A stretch of DNA of 49,283 nt, from the NCBI GenBank assembly GCA_043806955.1, contig JAZDGK010000257.1:1-49283 (forward strand), in the 5' to 3' direction. The notes below the pieces were generated by a model that did no database searches, was not told where the DNA came from, and saw only the letters and a program-made list of their open reading frames with translations. Both the position numbers and the translations under genes were made by a program. Positions 9,934-20,215 of the stretch are shown piece by piece; positions within the stretch are counted from its first letter, which is position 1; every line of letters starts with the position of its first letter. This DNA is from Pseudomonadota bacterium. Lineage in GTDB: Bacteria > Desulfobacterota > QYQD01 > JAZDGK01.

Positions 9934-11847
9934 CTATATCTTCAATGCCACCTCCGTGGCGCTTCGGAGCGCCGAACCGAGATTGCCCGGGGTTTCGGCT
10001 TCGCCCACATGGACGAGCTCTTTCACCCTACCTTTCAACTGCTCGAACAGCGTCTTGTCAGGTCTTGCACCTGCCGCCAGTACGATAGTGTCCACTTCGA
10101 CCTGGAACTCTGATCTGTCCTTATTCTCAAGAGAGACAAAGGTTCCTTTTATTTCGACGACCCTCGTCTCGACGAATACTTTTACGCCCTTTTCTTCTAA
10201 TCTTTCAATCAATCGTCCCCGCGGAATTTCTTTGCTCTTCGGAATGATTTCAGGGAGGACTTCCACAATCATAACCTCCCTTCCCGGACGGGCGATCAAA
10301 TCCGCAGTTTCGCATCCAATGTCGCCGCCGCCGATAACAAGCACTCTTTCTCCCAAAGAGGCCCCTTTCCGGTAGAATTCCCGTGCATCAATAACCATCT
10401 CGGATTCTATGCCGGGGATCGGCAGGCGGTTCGGTATTGACCCGGTCGCCAGAACCACCGTGTCTGCGTGCGAGTCAATCACGCTCTGTGCCGTCCCCGC
10501 AAGGACCAGACTTATTTTGGCGCCGCTTCTCTTTACAGAGTCTTTGAGATGACGCAGGGCCTCTGTCATTTCGTCTTTGAACAGGGCCTTGTTTGCCAGG
10601 CGCAACTGTCCCCCAAGTTCGGCCTCACGCTCCCACAGATCTACGTCATGGCCTCGTTTTGCCGCTACGATTGCGGCTTGCATCCCGGCCGGCCCCCCGC
10701 CTATAACCAGGACCTTTTTTCTCACTGCTGCGGGCAAAACCGCCCAGAGATATTCAAGGCCTGAAAATGGATTAACTGTGCACGCCCTGCCCAAACCGGG
10801 CACCCCCTTCTCCGTACAATCCTCAAGACAGTATACGCATCCTCTTATGCCTGCGACATCGCCGGAAAGCGCTTTGGATGGCAGGTCCGGATCAGCCACA
10901 AGCGCCCTGGCCATTGCCACAAAATCTGCTTTTCCGCTTGAGATTATCTCTTCGGCCAGAGCGGGGGTATTTATTTTTCCTATGGCGATTACGGGAATGG
11001 AAACTGCCGCTTTAATACGGGCAGCCACATCAGTCAGGCAGCCCGGAGCCGCATCATGACCCGGTATGGTTATGTATTTGGTGCTTTTGTTTCCCGCATT
11101 GGCAAGGATTGCATCACAGCCGGCCTTTTCCGCCCACACAGCGACCGCAGCGGCATCCTCAACTGTCAAGCCGCCGGGAACAAACTCGTCGCACGCGAGC
11201 TTGACCATAACAGGAAAGCTTCCGCCGGTATATTCTTTAGCTTTCGAGATAAGATCCGTCAGAAAACGAGACCGGTTCTCGAGCGTTCCGCCCAAGTCGT
11301 CAACCCGCTTATTAGTAAGCGGAGATAATAGCCGGGATATCAGGTCCCCATAACTTGCCTGAATCTCTATCCCGTCATATCCCATGTTTTTTGCAAGTGC
11401 CGTACCTCGGGCCATAATTTCCATTATTTCCGATGCGTCTCTTGAAGACATACCGTTGGCCAGGTCAATCGCCCAGGTCTCGCCCTTCTTCTTGGCCCCG
11501 GGAACCCCGGCTTCACAGACTCTCTCCTTGGGATAGTTCAATTGCATGAAGGCCTTCGCGCCTGCCATATGGATGGTGTTGAGCAACTCCGAAACGCCGG
11601 CACGATGTTCATCGGTATCCGCCCGGATTTCCTGCGGTCCCTTGTAGGCACGAGGATAATCCAGGCAAAGGCAATCCAGGATAATCAAAGAGACCCCGCC
11701 TCTGGCACGCCACGCGTAAAACGCCTTCATACGGTCGTTCACTTTGCTGTCGGTGGCGTATTTGGTGGGATAAAGAGGCATGATAATCCTGTTCCGCAAA
11801 TCGCATTTGCCGATTCTGCCCGGCTGAAAAACGTGGGGAAAATGCAT
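9934..11847 (-). CDS. NADH:flavin oxidoreductase (Old Yellow Enzyme TIM barrel + Fe-S motif + FAD/NAD domain)
   Basis: LRNRIIM, SPLTNKRVDDLGGTLENRSRF, ARALVADPDLP, CVYCLEDC..C, VIGGGPAG, VIGGGDIG; AGGAGG RBS before ATG 11847. Confidence 0.9.
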   Translation of the reverse strand: MHFPHVFQPGRIGKCDLRNRIIMPLYPTKYATDSKVNDRMKAFYAWRARGGVSLIILDCLCLDYPRAYKGPQEIRADTDEHRAGVSELLNTIHMAGAKAFMQLNYPKERVCEAGVPGAKKKGETWAIDLANGMSSRDASEIMEIMARGTALAKNMGYDGIEIQASYGDLISRLLSPLTNKRVDDLGGTLENRSRFLTDLISKAKEYTGGSFPVMVKLACDEFVPGGLTVEDAAAVAVWAEKAGCDAILANAGNKSTKYITIPGHDAAPGCLTDVAARIKAAVSIPVIAIGKINTPALAEEIISSGKADFVAMARALVADPDLPSKALSGDVAGIRGCVYCLEDCTEKGVPGLGRACTVNPFSGLEYLWAVLPAAVRKKVLVIGGGPAGMQAAIVAAKRGHDVDLWEREAELGGQLRLANKALFKDEMTEALRHLKDSVKRSGAKISLVLAGTAQSVIDSHADTVVLATGSIPNRLPIPGIESEMVIDAREFYRKGASLGERVLVIGGGDIGCETADLIARPGREVMIVEVLPEIIPKSKEIPRGRLIERLEEKGVKVFVETRVVEIKGTFVSLENKDRSEFQVEVDTIVLAAGARPDKTLFEQLKGRVKELVHVGEAETPGNLGSALRSATEVALKI

Positions 11848-11880
11848 ATATCCTCCTGTAAGAAACTTAGAAGTCTCAAT

Positions 11881-11996
11881 CATACCATTTTAGGATCGAT
11901 TTCCAATGTTCAATGCTCAATAACCAATTTCCAATCAGGATCAACTACCTTGGTGGACATTGAGTATTGGCCATTTGATATTGGGAATTGACCCAT
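11881..11996. repeat. Dispersed ~120-bp element of inverted CAATGTT / ATTGGAC heptamers
   Basis: CATACCATTTTAGGATC...CAATGTTCAATGCTCAATAACCAAT...GGGAATTGACC; copies at 24473..24585 (reverse), 33152..33278, 33543..33662, partial at 22819..22892. Confidence 0.8.
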
Positions 11997-12204
11997 GCGC
12001 GGTATATTGACTTCCAGATAAAGCTTTTGGGTGCGTTATCGGTCGGGGTCATTCCGGCGAAAGCTGGAATCCGGTAATTTCAAGCAGATTAGAATACTCC
12101 TGGACACCGGTTTTCACCGGGGTGACGACTCTTGCAAGAGCCTCATGCGAAAAAGTCTTTTCGGTGAACGGTCTACTGTGAACGGTGAACGGTTTATGGC
12201 GGGA

Positions 12205-12780
12205 CTACTGCTCTGTAGTCGTAAACAATCGATAGAAACGAACAAAATAATCGACCCCCGACCAGACTGTCAGAATAAGAGCCAGCCACAAGAGAACTGT
12301 GCCGAGATCATGAAAATCGATGCCGACATACTGGAAATGAATGAGGATCGCTATCAGCGAGATGATTTGTAATGTAGCTTTCATTTTGCCCAGAGCGCTG
12401 GCATCGATCACGACCCCCCCGGTTACGCCGATCGCACGAAGACCGGTTATTGCCATTTCTCTTCCAATGATGAGAAAAGCCACCCATGCGCTCACTCGAC
12501 CTTTTGGGATCAAAGCGATAAGTGCCGCGGATATCAGTAGCTTATCAGCCAAGGGGTCGAGCAGTTTACCCAAGGCGGTCACACATCTCTGCCGCCGCGC
12601 GAGGAATCCGTCCAGAAGATCTGTTATCGAAGCCAGAGAGAAAAAAAAAGCCGCCCAGAAAGCCGCAAGCGGCCCATCCGAGCGGCTGACCAGAAGCATC
12701 ACTAAAGGGACACAACCAATGCGAAAAAGAGTCAGACTATTAGGCAGATTCCATATTCTGACCGGCCTTGTTCTTTCCAT
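12205..12780 (-). CDS. pgsA: CDP-diacylglycerol--glycerol-3-phosphate 3-phosphatidyltransferase
   Basis: NLPNSLTLFR; TDLLDGFLARR...LGKLLDPLADK CDP-alcohol phosphatidyltransferase motif. Confidence 0.95.
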   Translation of the reverse strand: MERTRPVRIWNLPNSLTLFRIGCVPLVMLLVSRSDGPLAAFWAAFFFSLASITDLLDGFLARRQRCVTALGKLLDPLADKLLISAALIALIPKGRVSAWVAFLIIGREMAITGLRAIGVTGGVVIDASALGKMKATLQIISLIAILIHFQYVGIDFHDLGTVLLWLALILTVWSGVDYFVRFYRLFTTTEQ

Positions 12781-12787
12781 AGCGCAA

Positions 12788-13402
12788 TCATAACATCTTG
12801 TTATCTCCGGGACCATATTTCTTTTTATAGCTTCTGAGATAGGTCAGGACCTTCTGAACGTAGCCCTGTGTTTCCTCAATCTTTGGAATTTGCCATGTTT
12901 GGGCTACTCTTTCAGGGCCTGCATTGTATGCGGCCAAGGCGAGGGGAACGTCTCCGTTGAACATGCCCAGAAGCCGCTTCAAGTATTGTACGCCACCAAA
13001 TATGTTGTCTGCCGGATCGAATGGGTCCATTACAGACATTTCCTGAGCCGTCACCGGCATAAGCTGCATCAGGCCCTGTGCTCCCTTGCGGGAAACGGCG
13101 CGATGATTAAAATTTGACTCTGCCTTAATCACCGCCCTGACCAGATCATTATCCACACCAAAATACCGGCAGGCGGCATCGATCAGCGGCTCGTACTTTT
13201 TTGACCCTCCTTGAGATATGCGCCGTGTACGCTTAGGTTGCCGGGGATCATCGACCTCGAGAAAAACCTTGTAGCGGCCATCATTCGGTACGTTGCTGAA
13301 GTGCACAACACCCTCTTCATCCGTGAAACTGTAGATATTCGCCTCTGCAACTGTGGCGCCTGCAAAAAGGGCCGCCAGAAAAAAGAAGAGTATGACCTGC
13401 AC
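12788..13402 (-). CDS. Lytic transglycosylase (SLT domain) with N-terminal signal and small DUF4124-like domain
   Basis: IKAESNF, GAQGLMQLMP, ALAAYNAG; GGAGG RBS before GTG 13402. Confidence 0.92.
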   Translation of the reverse strand: MQVILFFFLAALFAGATVAEANIYSFTDEEGVVHFSNVPNDGRYKVFLEVDDPRQPKRTRRISQGGSKKYEPLIDAACRYFGVDNDLVRAVIKAESNFNHRAVSRKGAQGLMQLMPVTAQEMSVMDPFDPADNIFGGVQYLKRLLGMFNGDVPLALAAYNAGPERVAQTWQIPKIEETQGYVQKVLTYLRSYKKKYGPGDNKML

Positions 13403-13570
13403 CCGATAACCTCCCTTGTAATGGTTCACCGTTATCCGTTCACCGTTCACCGTAAAGGCTCATAAGAGTCGAGTCCATGCGACCTGTTGCTGGAGCTGGT
13501 TCCAGGTTCAGGGTTCAGAGTTCACGGTTAAATTTGGAACTGTAAACCGTGAACGTAGAACCATCAAGTC

Positions 13571-13647
13571 GGATAGGCGGCCCTTTCCAGGGCCGCCCGG
13601 CGACCGAGGCGTCCATTGTGGGCGGGGTTAGAAAACCCCGCTTATCC
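13571..13647. repeat. REP-like hairpin doublet
   Basis: GGATAGGCGGCCCTTTCCAGGGCCGCC ... GCGGGGTTAGAAAACCCCGCTTATCC. Confidence 0.5.
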
Positions 13648-13717
13648 GCGTCTCGTGTTACGAACCCATTTTGGATGCCCATTTGTGTGGATCCATACTT
13701 AGTCTCCGTTCAGAAAA

Positions 13718-14368
13718 CTATTTAGCCGTACCTACTTTCTTCCAATCCTCCAAAAACTTCTCCAATCCGCTGTCGGTTAGAGGATGTCTTGCAAGCTGAG
13801 AAATAACCTTGAACGGTATTGTTGCGATATCGGCGCCCATCAGTGCAGCCTCGAGTACGTGCACCGGGTTTCGGACGCTTGCAACTATGATCTCCGTCCC
13901 AAATCCATAGTTATCATAAATACTGATAATATCTCTTACAAGATCCATGCCCACTTGAGAGATATCATCAAGTCTCCCCACAAACGGACTGACATAGGTC
14001 GCCCCGGCCTTAGCTGCCATTAATGCCTGAACCGGCGAAAAAACGAGGGTTACGTTCGTCTTGATCCCGGCGTCACTGAGGGCTTTGGTAGCCTTGATGC
14101 CCTCGGTAGTCATGGGGACCTTGATTACTATATTATCGGCGATTTTGGCCAATTCTTTAGCCTCTTCCACCATTGCCCCGGCTTCGAGGCTAACGACCTC
14201 CGCACTCACCGGGCCTTTCACTATTTTACAGATTTGCTCCAGCAGCTCGGCAAATGGTTTGTCTTCTCTGGCAATGAGAGACGGATTTGTAGTTACGCCG
14301 TCAATCAGGCCCATGGTATTTGCTTCGCGTATTTCGTCCAGGTTGGCCGTATCTATAAAAAACTTCAT
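13718..14368 (-). CDS. fsa: Fructose-6-phosphate aldolase / transaldolase (TalC/MipB type)
   Basis: [22 protein letters not shown] (Schiff-base Lys), [11 protein letters not shown]. Confidence 0.95.
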   Translation of the reverse strand: MKFFIDTANLDEIREANTMGLIDGVTTNPSLIAREDKPFAELLEQICKIVKGPVSAEVVSLEAGAMVEEAKELAKIADNIVIKVPMTTEGIKATKALSDAGIKTNVTLVFSPVQALMAAKAGATYVSPFVGRLDDISQVGMDLVRDIISIYDNYGFGTEIIVASVRNPVHVLEAALMGADIATIPFKVISQLARHPLTDSGLEKFLEDWKKVGTAK

Positions 14369-14485
14369 TTGATACTCTCCTTTTTCGAGTTACGTGTTGC
14401 GTGTTGCGTGTTGCGTGTTATCGAAACTCGATTTGTTACTTCTAGTATTTCAAGCGGAATCAATCTTTGTCGGGTTTCGCCTTGC

Positions 14486-14743
14486 TCATGCCGGCTTATG
14501 CAGATCAAGGAACTTCTCTCTGCATTCGGTGCTGCAAAAATAACACGTTTTGCCTTTCCAATCAATTGTCAGGGCCTGGTTTTTGGGAAAATAAATATGG
14601 CAAACGGGATCTTCGACCAGTTCTGCGGTAACAACATCCGGCCTTTGCGGGCTCTTTTTTGCGGAAGACTGACTGACCGACCGCATGCCCTTATATATCT
14701 GGTAAACTACGAAAGCCACCGCAAGGTAAAAAAATAGTCTCAT
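14486..14743 (-). CDS. YHS/TRASH domain small membrane-anchored protein
   Basis: N-terminal TM segment, DPVC and YFCSTEC motifs; abuts folK. Confidence 0.85.
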   Translation of the reverse strand: MRLFFYLAVAFVVYQIYKGMRSVSQSSAKKSPQRPDVVTAELVEDPVCHIYFPKNQALTIDWKGKTCYFCSTECREKFLDLHKPA

Positions 14744-14744
14744 T

Positions 14745-15251
14745 TCAAATTTTTTTCTCTATCCTGAGAACTCTTTGTCCCTTTTCAGACGTCTCAGCCA
14801 GCAGATCGCTAATGGGCCGCTTGAGGGTCGGATGCACCAGTTCGGGATTCAATTCGCAGAGAGGAATCAGTACAAAGCGGCGCTCTGTGAGCTTGGGATG
14901 CGGTACAATCAGATCATCGGCTTCGCATACGTCATCCCCGTACAGAAGCAAATCGAGGTCGATAACACGCGGGCCGTACCTTCCGATTTCCCGCCTGCCC
15001 ATACCAGCCTCGATCCTTTTCAGTAGATCGAAGATTTCCCGTATCCTCAGGGCACTTCTAATCTGTGCTGCCGCATTGACATACCATCCCTGCTCTTTCA
15101 GCTCCTGAGGCTCGGTTCGGTACAAGGATGAAAGCCGCAGTGCACCATCAAGGGACCCGGACAGAAGCCTCACTGCCTCCAGGCAATTGGCTTCGGCATC
15201 GCCCATGTTGGATCCAATTCCGATATATGCTACGGATTCACATTTGTTCAC
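14745..15251 (-). CDS. folK: 2-amino-4-hydroxy-6-hydroxymethyldihydropteridine diphosphokinase
   Basis: AYIGIGSNMG, SSLYRTEP, GPRVIDLDLLLY, PHPKLTERRFVL. Confidence 0.96.
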   Translation of the reverse strand: MNKCESVAYIGIGSNMGDAEANCLEAVRLLSGSLDGALRLSSLYRTEPQELKEQGWYVNAAAQIRSALRIREIFDLLKRIEAGMGRREIGRYGPRVIDLDLLLYGDDVCEADDLIVPHPKLTERRFVLIPLCELNPELVHPTLKRPISDLLAETSEKGQRVLRIEKKI

Positions 15252-15336
15252 CGTTCACCGATTTGGTTTGTCTGGTTTATCTGGTCTGTTTAGTTTCTTG
15301 GTTCCGTGTCATTCCGCAATCCGCAATCCGCAATTC

Positions 15337-16506
15337 CTAGAGCCCGATCTTCTTGATCCTCTCCACTGCCTCCCGCAATCTCTCTTTATTGACAGTCAGG
15401 GCCATACGTATATATCCCTCGCCGGGGTCGCCGAACCCGTTGCCGGGGGTAGTCACTATGCCGGTTTTCTCCAGGAGAAGAGAAGTGAATCCGGCCGAAG
15501 TGTAGCCCCCCGGCACTTCTATCCACAAATAAAAAGTGGCCTTAGGGCTTTCCACTGAGAGGCCTGACTCTCTCAAGCCGTTAACCAATAAGCTGCGTCT
15601 TTCCGCATAAACGGCCTGCATCTCCCGAACGCAAGCCTGATCGCCGTCCAGTGCCGCCATTCCCGCCATCTGTATGGCCTGGAACACGCCCGAGTCGATA
15701 TTGCTCTTTATCTGTCCCAGCCCGGCGATCACCTGCGGATTTCCCACGGCAAACCCGATGCGCCATCCGGTCATATTGTACGTCTTCGACAAGGAGTGAA
15801 ATTCAATTCCCAAATCCTTGGCACCTTCGACCTCGAGAAAACTCGGAGGCCTGTAACCATCAAAAGCCATTTCGCTGTACGCCGCATCATGGCAGACAAT
15901 GATCTCGTATTCTGCCGCAAAATCCACAACTTCTCTAAAAAAGTCCGGAGAGGCCACCGCGGAGGTGGGATTATTCGGGTAGTTTATGAACATCAAACGC
16001 GCTTTTCGAGCCACATCCGAAGGGATAGACTGGAGGTCGGGCAGGAAAGCGTTTTCCTTCAGAAGCGGCATATGGTAGGGCTCGCCCCCGGCAAAGAGAG
16101 TACCGATATCATAAACCGGGTATGCGGGAGTCGGTACCAGCGCCACGTCTCCGGGGTTGATAAAGGCAAGGGGAATGTGAGCTATCCCTTCCTTTGATCC
16201 AATCAGGGATACAACCTCCTTCTTCGGATCAAGTGAGACCCCAAAGCGCCGCTCATACCATCCGGCCACGGAAAACTTGAAATCCTGCATCCCGGAATAG
16301 GAAGGATAGCGATGGTTTTTCGGGTCAGCCGCAGCTTCTTTGAGCTTGTCAATGATATGAGGCGGGGTCGGTATGTCCGGGTCTCCGACTCCAAGATCGA
16401 TGATATCAACGCCTCTGGCCCGTACCTCTTCTTTCATCCGATCTATCTCTGCAAAAAGGTACGGCGGCAGTTTTTTCAGCCGCTCTGCTCTTTCTATCTT
16501 CATCAT
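15337..16506 (-). CDS. dapL: LL-diaminopimelate aminotransferase
   Basis: [41 protein letters not shown] (PLP Lys); dap cluster context. Confidence 0.92.
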   Translation of the reverse strand: MMKIERAERLKKLPPYLFAEIDRMKEEVRARGVDIIDLGVGDPDIPTPPHIIDKLKEAAADPKNHRYPSYSGMQDFKFSVAGWYERRFGVSLDPKKEVVSLIGSKEGIAHIPLAFINPGDVALVPTPAYPVYDIGTLFAGGEPYHMPLLKENAFLPDLQSIPSDVARKARLMFINYPNNPTSAVASPDFFREVVDFAAEYEIIVCHDAAYSEMAFDGYRPPSFLEVEGAKDLGIEFHSLSKTYNMTGWRIGFAVGNPQVIAGLGQIKSNIDSGVFQAIQMAGMAALDGDQACVREMQAVYAERRSLLVNGLRESGLSVESPKATFYLWIEVPGGYTSAGFTSLLLEKTGIVTTPGNGFGDPGEGYIRMALTVNKERLREAVERIKKIGL

Positions 16507-16548
16507 CTCAAATTACCTTTCATAATAATAGCTTTCAGCCCTCAGCCA

Positions 16549-17391
16549 TCAGCTTTCAGCAAGTCGAGCAGGGTGCCTTCGCCCGCTCTTTTCAATCCGA
16601 AATCCGCATTCCGAAATCCGAAATAAGGCATCACTCAGCACTCTATTTCTAAGTGTCCCAATCCCCTCCACCACTATTTCTACGGTGTCTCCCGGGACCA
16701 TAGGGCCGATTCCGGAAGGCGTTCCTGTGGAAATAATATCGCCAGGCAAAAGCGTCATAACTGAAGAGATAAACTCTACCAATTCGGGCACCCCAAAGAT
16801 CAAATTGCTCGTATTTGAGGATTGGCGCAACTTGCCATTGAGGTAGGACTCGACCTTCAGGGACGAGGGATCCAGTCCTCGCGCGATGCAGGGACCAATG
16901 GGGGCGAAAGTATCGAAACTCTTTGAACGTGTGAACTGAACGTCCTTCTTCTGCAAATCCCGGGCGGTCACATCATTCACGCAGGTATAACCAAGGATTA
17001 CATCGAATGCTCCGGCGGCCGGCACAAAACGGGCCTTCTTTCCGATAACTACGCCCAGTTCGGCCTCATAATCCACCCTGGTACTCATTCGCGGGTAGAC
17101 TATGGGCGCATCCGGTCCGGTTACAGCCGTTCCCGGCTTGAGAAAAATCAGAGGGTCCCCGGGTATCGCAAACCCGAGTTCCGCTGCATGGTCCCGGTAA
17201 TTCATGCCCAGCGCCACGATTTTTCCGGGCTGACACGGCGCCAGCAGTCTGACTTCCGACAGCTCGCGGAACTCTTCGGTTACCTCAAAATCGGCAAATA
17301 TGTCGCCCCGGATTACCTCTACGTTCTCTTCCGACAGTCTCCCGAATCCGATCCGACCATCGATTTCGAATCGCACGTATCTTTCGATCAC
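16549..17391 (-). CDS. Fumarylacetoacetate hydrolase family protein
   Basis: GKIVALGMNY, VDYEAELGVVIG, NDVTARD, KSFDTFAP, GDIISTGTP; C-terminal tail runs through a heptamer repeat. Confidence 0.92.
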   Translation of the reverse strand: MIERYVRFEIDGRIGFGRLSEENVEVIRGDIFADFEVTEEFRELSEVRLLAPCQPGKIVALGMNYRDHAAELGFAIPGDPLIFLKPGTAVTGPDAPIVYPRMSTRVDYEAELGVVIGKKARFVPAAGAFDVILGYTCVNDVTARDLQKKDVQFTRSKSFDTFAPIGPCIARGLDPSSLKVESYLNGKLRQSSNTSNLIFGVPELVEFISSVMTLLPGDIISTGTPSGIGPMVPGDTVEIVVEGIGTLRNRVLSDALFRISECGFRIEKSGRRHPARLAES

Positions 17392-18194
17392 TTTTTCAGC
17401 CCCAGAACGTCCTGCATGTCATACACGCCGTTTGGCTGTCCGACGATCCATTTGGCTGCCCGTATCGCACCCCGGGCAAAATTGTCCCGGCTGTGTGCGC
17501 GGTGGGTTATCTCAATTCGTTCACCCATTCCGGCAAAAAGGATTGTATGCTCTCCTACGATATCACCGCCCCGGACCGTCTGGATGCCTATTTCCTGTGC
17601 GGTCCTCTCTCCGATCATGCCATGGCGTGCATAGATTCCGGCCTTTTCCAGGTTGCGGCCCAGAGTGTCGGCAATAACCTGCGCCAGCTTGATTGCCGTC
17701 CCGCTCGGGGCATCTTTCTTCAGACGGTGATGGGCTTCCACAATCTCCACATCGTAACCGTCACCCAAGAGCCTCGCGGCCTCCTGAACCAGCTTGTAGA
17801 GCACGTTTACTCCGACGCTCATATTGGGCGCCACAACGCAACGAACCTCGCCGGCCATTTTTTTGATTTCGCTCAGCTCGTCCGGCATAAAACCGGTAGT
17901 CCCCACGACTATGGCCTTTTTGTGTCTGGCCGCAAGCCTGACATGCTCCAGCGATGCCGTATGATAAGTGAAATCCACGATCACATCACCTTTATCGATA
18001 ACTGATTCCAGTCCGCCCGAGATGGGAATCCCCATCTTTCCAAGTCCCGCCACATCGCCCACATCCTGGCCCACGGCAGCATGCCCGGGCTTTTCAAAGG
18101 CTGCAACCAGTTCAATTCCGTCGGCATCTTTCACCATGTGAATATTGCGTCCGCCCATCTTGCCGGCTGCCCCGGCCACTATCGCCTTAATCAT
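17388..18194 (-). CDS. dapB: 4-hydroxy-tetrahydrodipicolinate reductase
   Basis: GAAGKMG, VGTTG, EAHHRLKKDAPSGTA. Confidence 0.97.
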   Translation of the reverse strand: MIKAIVAGAAGKMGGRNIHMVKDADGIELVAAFEKPGHAAVGQDVGDVAGLGKMGIPISGGLESVIDKGDVIVDFTYHTASLEHVRLAARHKKAIVVGTTGFMPDELSEIKKMAGEVRCVVAPNMSVGVNVLYKLVQEAARLLGDGYDVEIVEAHHRLKKDAPSGTAIKLAQVIADTLGRNLEKAGIYARHGMIGERTAQEIGIQTVRGGDIVGEHTILFAGMGERIEITHRAHSRDNFARGAIRAAKWIVGQPNGVYDMQDVLGLKK

Positions 18195-18485
18195 CATTAC
18201 CTCCAATCGGGTTGCGAGTCAGTAATTAGTATCCGTTCACCGTTGACCGTTCACCGTTCACCGAAAAGACGTTTCTCGCGCTTTTCAGGTAATATTTGGC
18301 TCCTGGTCTCTGGTTCCTTGTCTTTTGGCATCAGGGACTAAAAACCAAAACGGAATACGCGATCACCGTGACTCTTTGCCAAAAGACGCTTTTCAGGTTC
18401 TTACGGACAACGGTGAACGGTTACAGTAATTACAAGTTTCGCGTCCTTTAACTCGCAACACGGAACCCGTAACTCGGAACGTTCT

Positions 18486-19385
18486 TTACTTAATCAGCCC
18501 GTAGTCCTTCAGCACCGCCTTCAAACGGTCGATATTTTTGGATGACATCGGCACGAGCGGCAGCCTCACTTCATCGGAAATCATACCCATCAGTCCGAGA
18601 GCCGTCTTGGCCGGTACCGGATTGGTCTCGAAAAACATTGCCTGGAAAAGCGGGAACAACTTATAATGGAGTTCCTGCGCCTTTTTCAAATCTCCGGCAT
18701 CAAAGGCGTTGTACATATCGGCCATGTCCTTTGGGGCCACGTTCGAGGCCACAGATATCACGCCCTTGCCCCCCACGGCCAGTGTGGGAAGAACCGTAAA
18801 ATCATCACCGGACACAAGGCTGAATCCTTTCTTTGCCAGCAGGATTACTTCGCTGACCTGCTGAAGACTACCCGTAGCCTCCTTTATGCCCACGATAGTC
18901 TTTATCTCCGAAAGACGAGCAACCGTTTCAGGCAGCATGTTCACGCTGGTCCGGCCCGGCACGTTATAAAGAATCATAGGAATATCAACTTCTTCCGCGA
19001 CGGCCTTGAAATGCTGGTATAGGCCTTCCTGTGTGGGTTTATTATAGTAGGGCGTAATTAACAGCGCCGCATCCGCCCCCGCCTTCTTTGCGCTCTTGGT
19101 AAGCTTTATGGCCTCATCGGTGCTGTTCGAACCTGTCCCGGCGACGACCGGCACCCGTCCGGCCACGGTCTGTATGGTGATATCGACCACGAGCTCGTGC
19201 TCTTCGTAGGACAATGTCGCAGATTCACCGGTTGTTCCACAGGGGATGATGGCGTGCGTTCCATTCTTCACCTGGAATTCAATCAGCTTCTTCAGCCCCT
19301 TCTCATCCACCTTGCCTTTTTTGAAGGGGGTAACAATGGCCACCATCGCACCCTTTACTATCTCCTTTTTCGTCTTGCTCTTCAT
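18486..19385 (-). CDS. dapA: 4-hydroxy-tetrahydrodipicolinate synthase
   Basis: GTTGES, PYYNKP, LYNVPGRT, GIKEA; ATGA overlap with dapF stop. Confidence 0.97.
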   Translation of the reverse strand: MKSKTKKEIVKGAMVAIVTPFKKGKVDEKGLKKLIEFQVKNGTHAIIPCGTTGESATLSYEEHELVVDITIQTVAGRVPVVAGTGSNSTDEAIKLTKSAKKAGADAALLITPYYNKPTQEGLYQHFKAVAEEVDIPMILYNVPGRTSVNMLPETVARLSEIKTIVGIKEATGSLQQVSEVILLAKKGFSLVSGDDFTVLPTLAVGGKGVISVASNVAPKDMADMYNAFDAGDLKKAQELHYKLFPLFQAMFFETNPVPAKTALGLMGMISDEVRLPLVPMSSKNIDRLKAVLKDYGLIK

Positions 19386-20215
19386 AGCGCCTCCCATATT
19401 AGGCCCTCATAGATGATCCTGGCTTCGCCTTCCAGAAACACGTCGCATATCCCATCCGGGGCCGATTTGAAATATACATTGAGTGTTTCACCGCCGCGCG
19501 TATGTACGCAGACCGGTGATTTCACGCCCTCGCGTAAAGATGCGATAATGGCTCCGGCTACGGATCCCGTGCCGCAGGCCAGAGTTTCGTCCTCCACACC
19601 GCGCTCGTAAGTGCGTATGGCAATGCTGTTCTTATCGAGCACTTTCACAAAATTGGCATTAGCACCGGCGGGTTGGAATTCTTCATGAAAACGTATTTTC
19701 CTGCCGATTTCCCGCACATCGATGCTCTCCAGTTCGGGAAGGAGACAAACCGCATGCGGCACCCCGGTGTTTATGAAATGTAGCACCCACGGGTCCCCGT
19801 TTGTCAATATCTTTATGCCGGGCCGGAGGCCGTGCGGGCGAACCATCTCCAGATTCACTCTGAGGTCCAGGACTTCCGCTTTGATCAGCCCGGCCAGAGT
19901 CTCGAAAACCATTTTCTGCCCGGCAATTCCGTTTACATAGGCAAACCGGGCCGCACATCTCCCGCCGTTGCCGCACATTTCAGCCTCGCTGCCGTCGGCG
20001 TTATAGAACCGCCACTTGAAATCAGTGCCCGATTGCGCCGGAGACTCGATCAATATCAATCCGTCAGCGCCCACTGAGACTTTGGGCCGGCAAAGGCGCC
20101 GTGCTGCGTTTGATCCCTCAGAGATCGAAATGACCCCGGAACGATTATCGATAACGATAAAGTCATTTCCGCTCCCGCTCATTTTAAAAAAAGGGATTTT
20201 CTTACCGGGGATCAT
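19382..20215 (-). CDS. dapF: Diaminopimelate epimerase
   Basis: GSGNDF, EMCGNGGRC, YERGVEDETLACGTG. Confidence 0.97.
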   Translation of the reverse strand: MIPGKKIPFFKMSGSGNDFIVIDNRSGVISISEGSNAARRLCRPKVSVGADGLILIESPAQSGTDFKWRFYNADGSEAEMCGNGGRCAARFAYVNGIAGQKMVFETLAGLIKAEVLDLRVNLEMVRPHGLRPGIKILTNGDPWVLHFINTGVPHAVCLLPELESIDVREIGRKIRFHEEFQPAGANANFVKVLDKNSIAIRTYERGVEDETLACGTGSVAGAIIASLREGVKSPVCVHTRGGETLNVYFKSAPDGICDVFLEGEARIIYEGLIWEAL

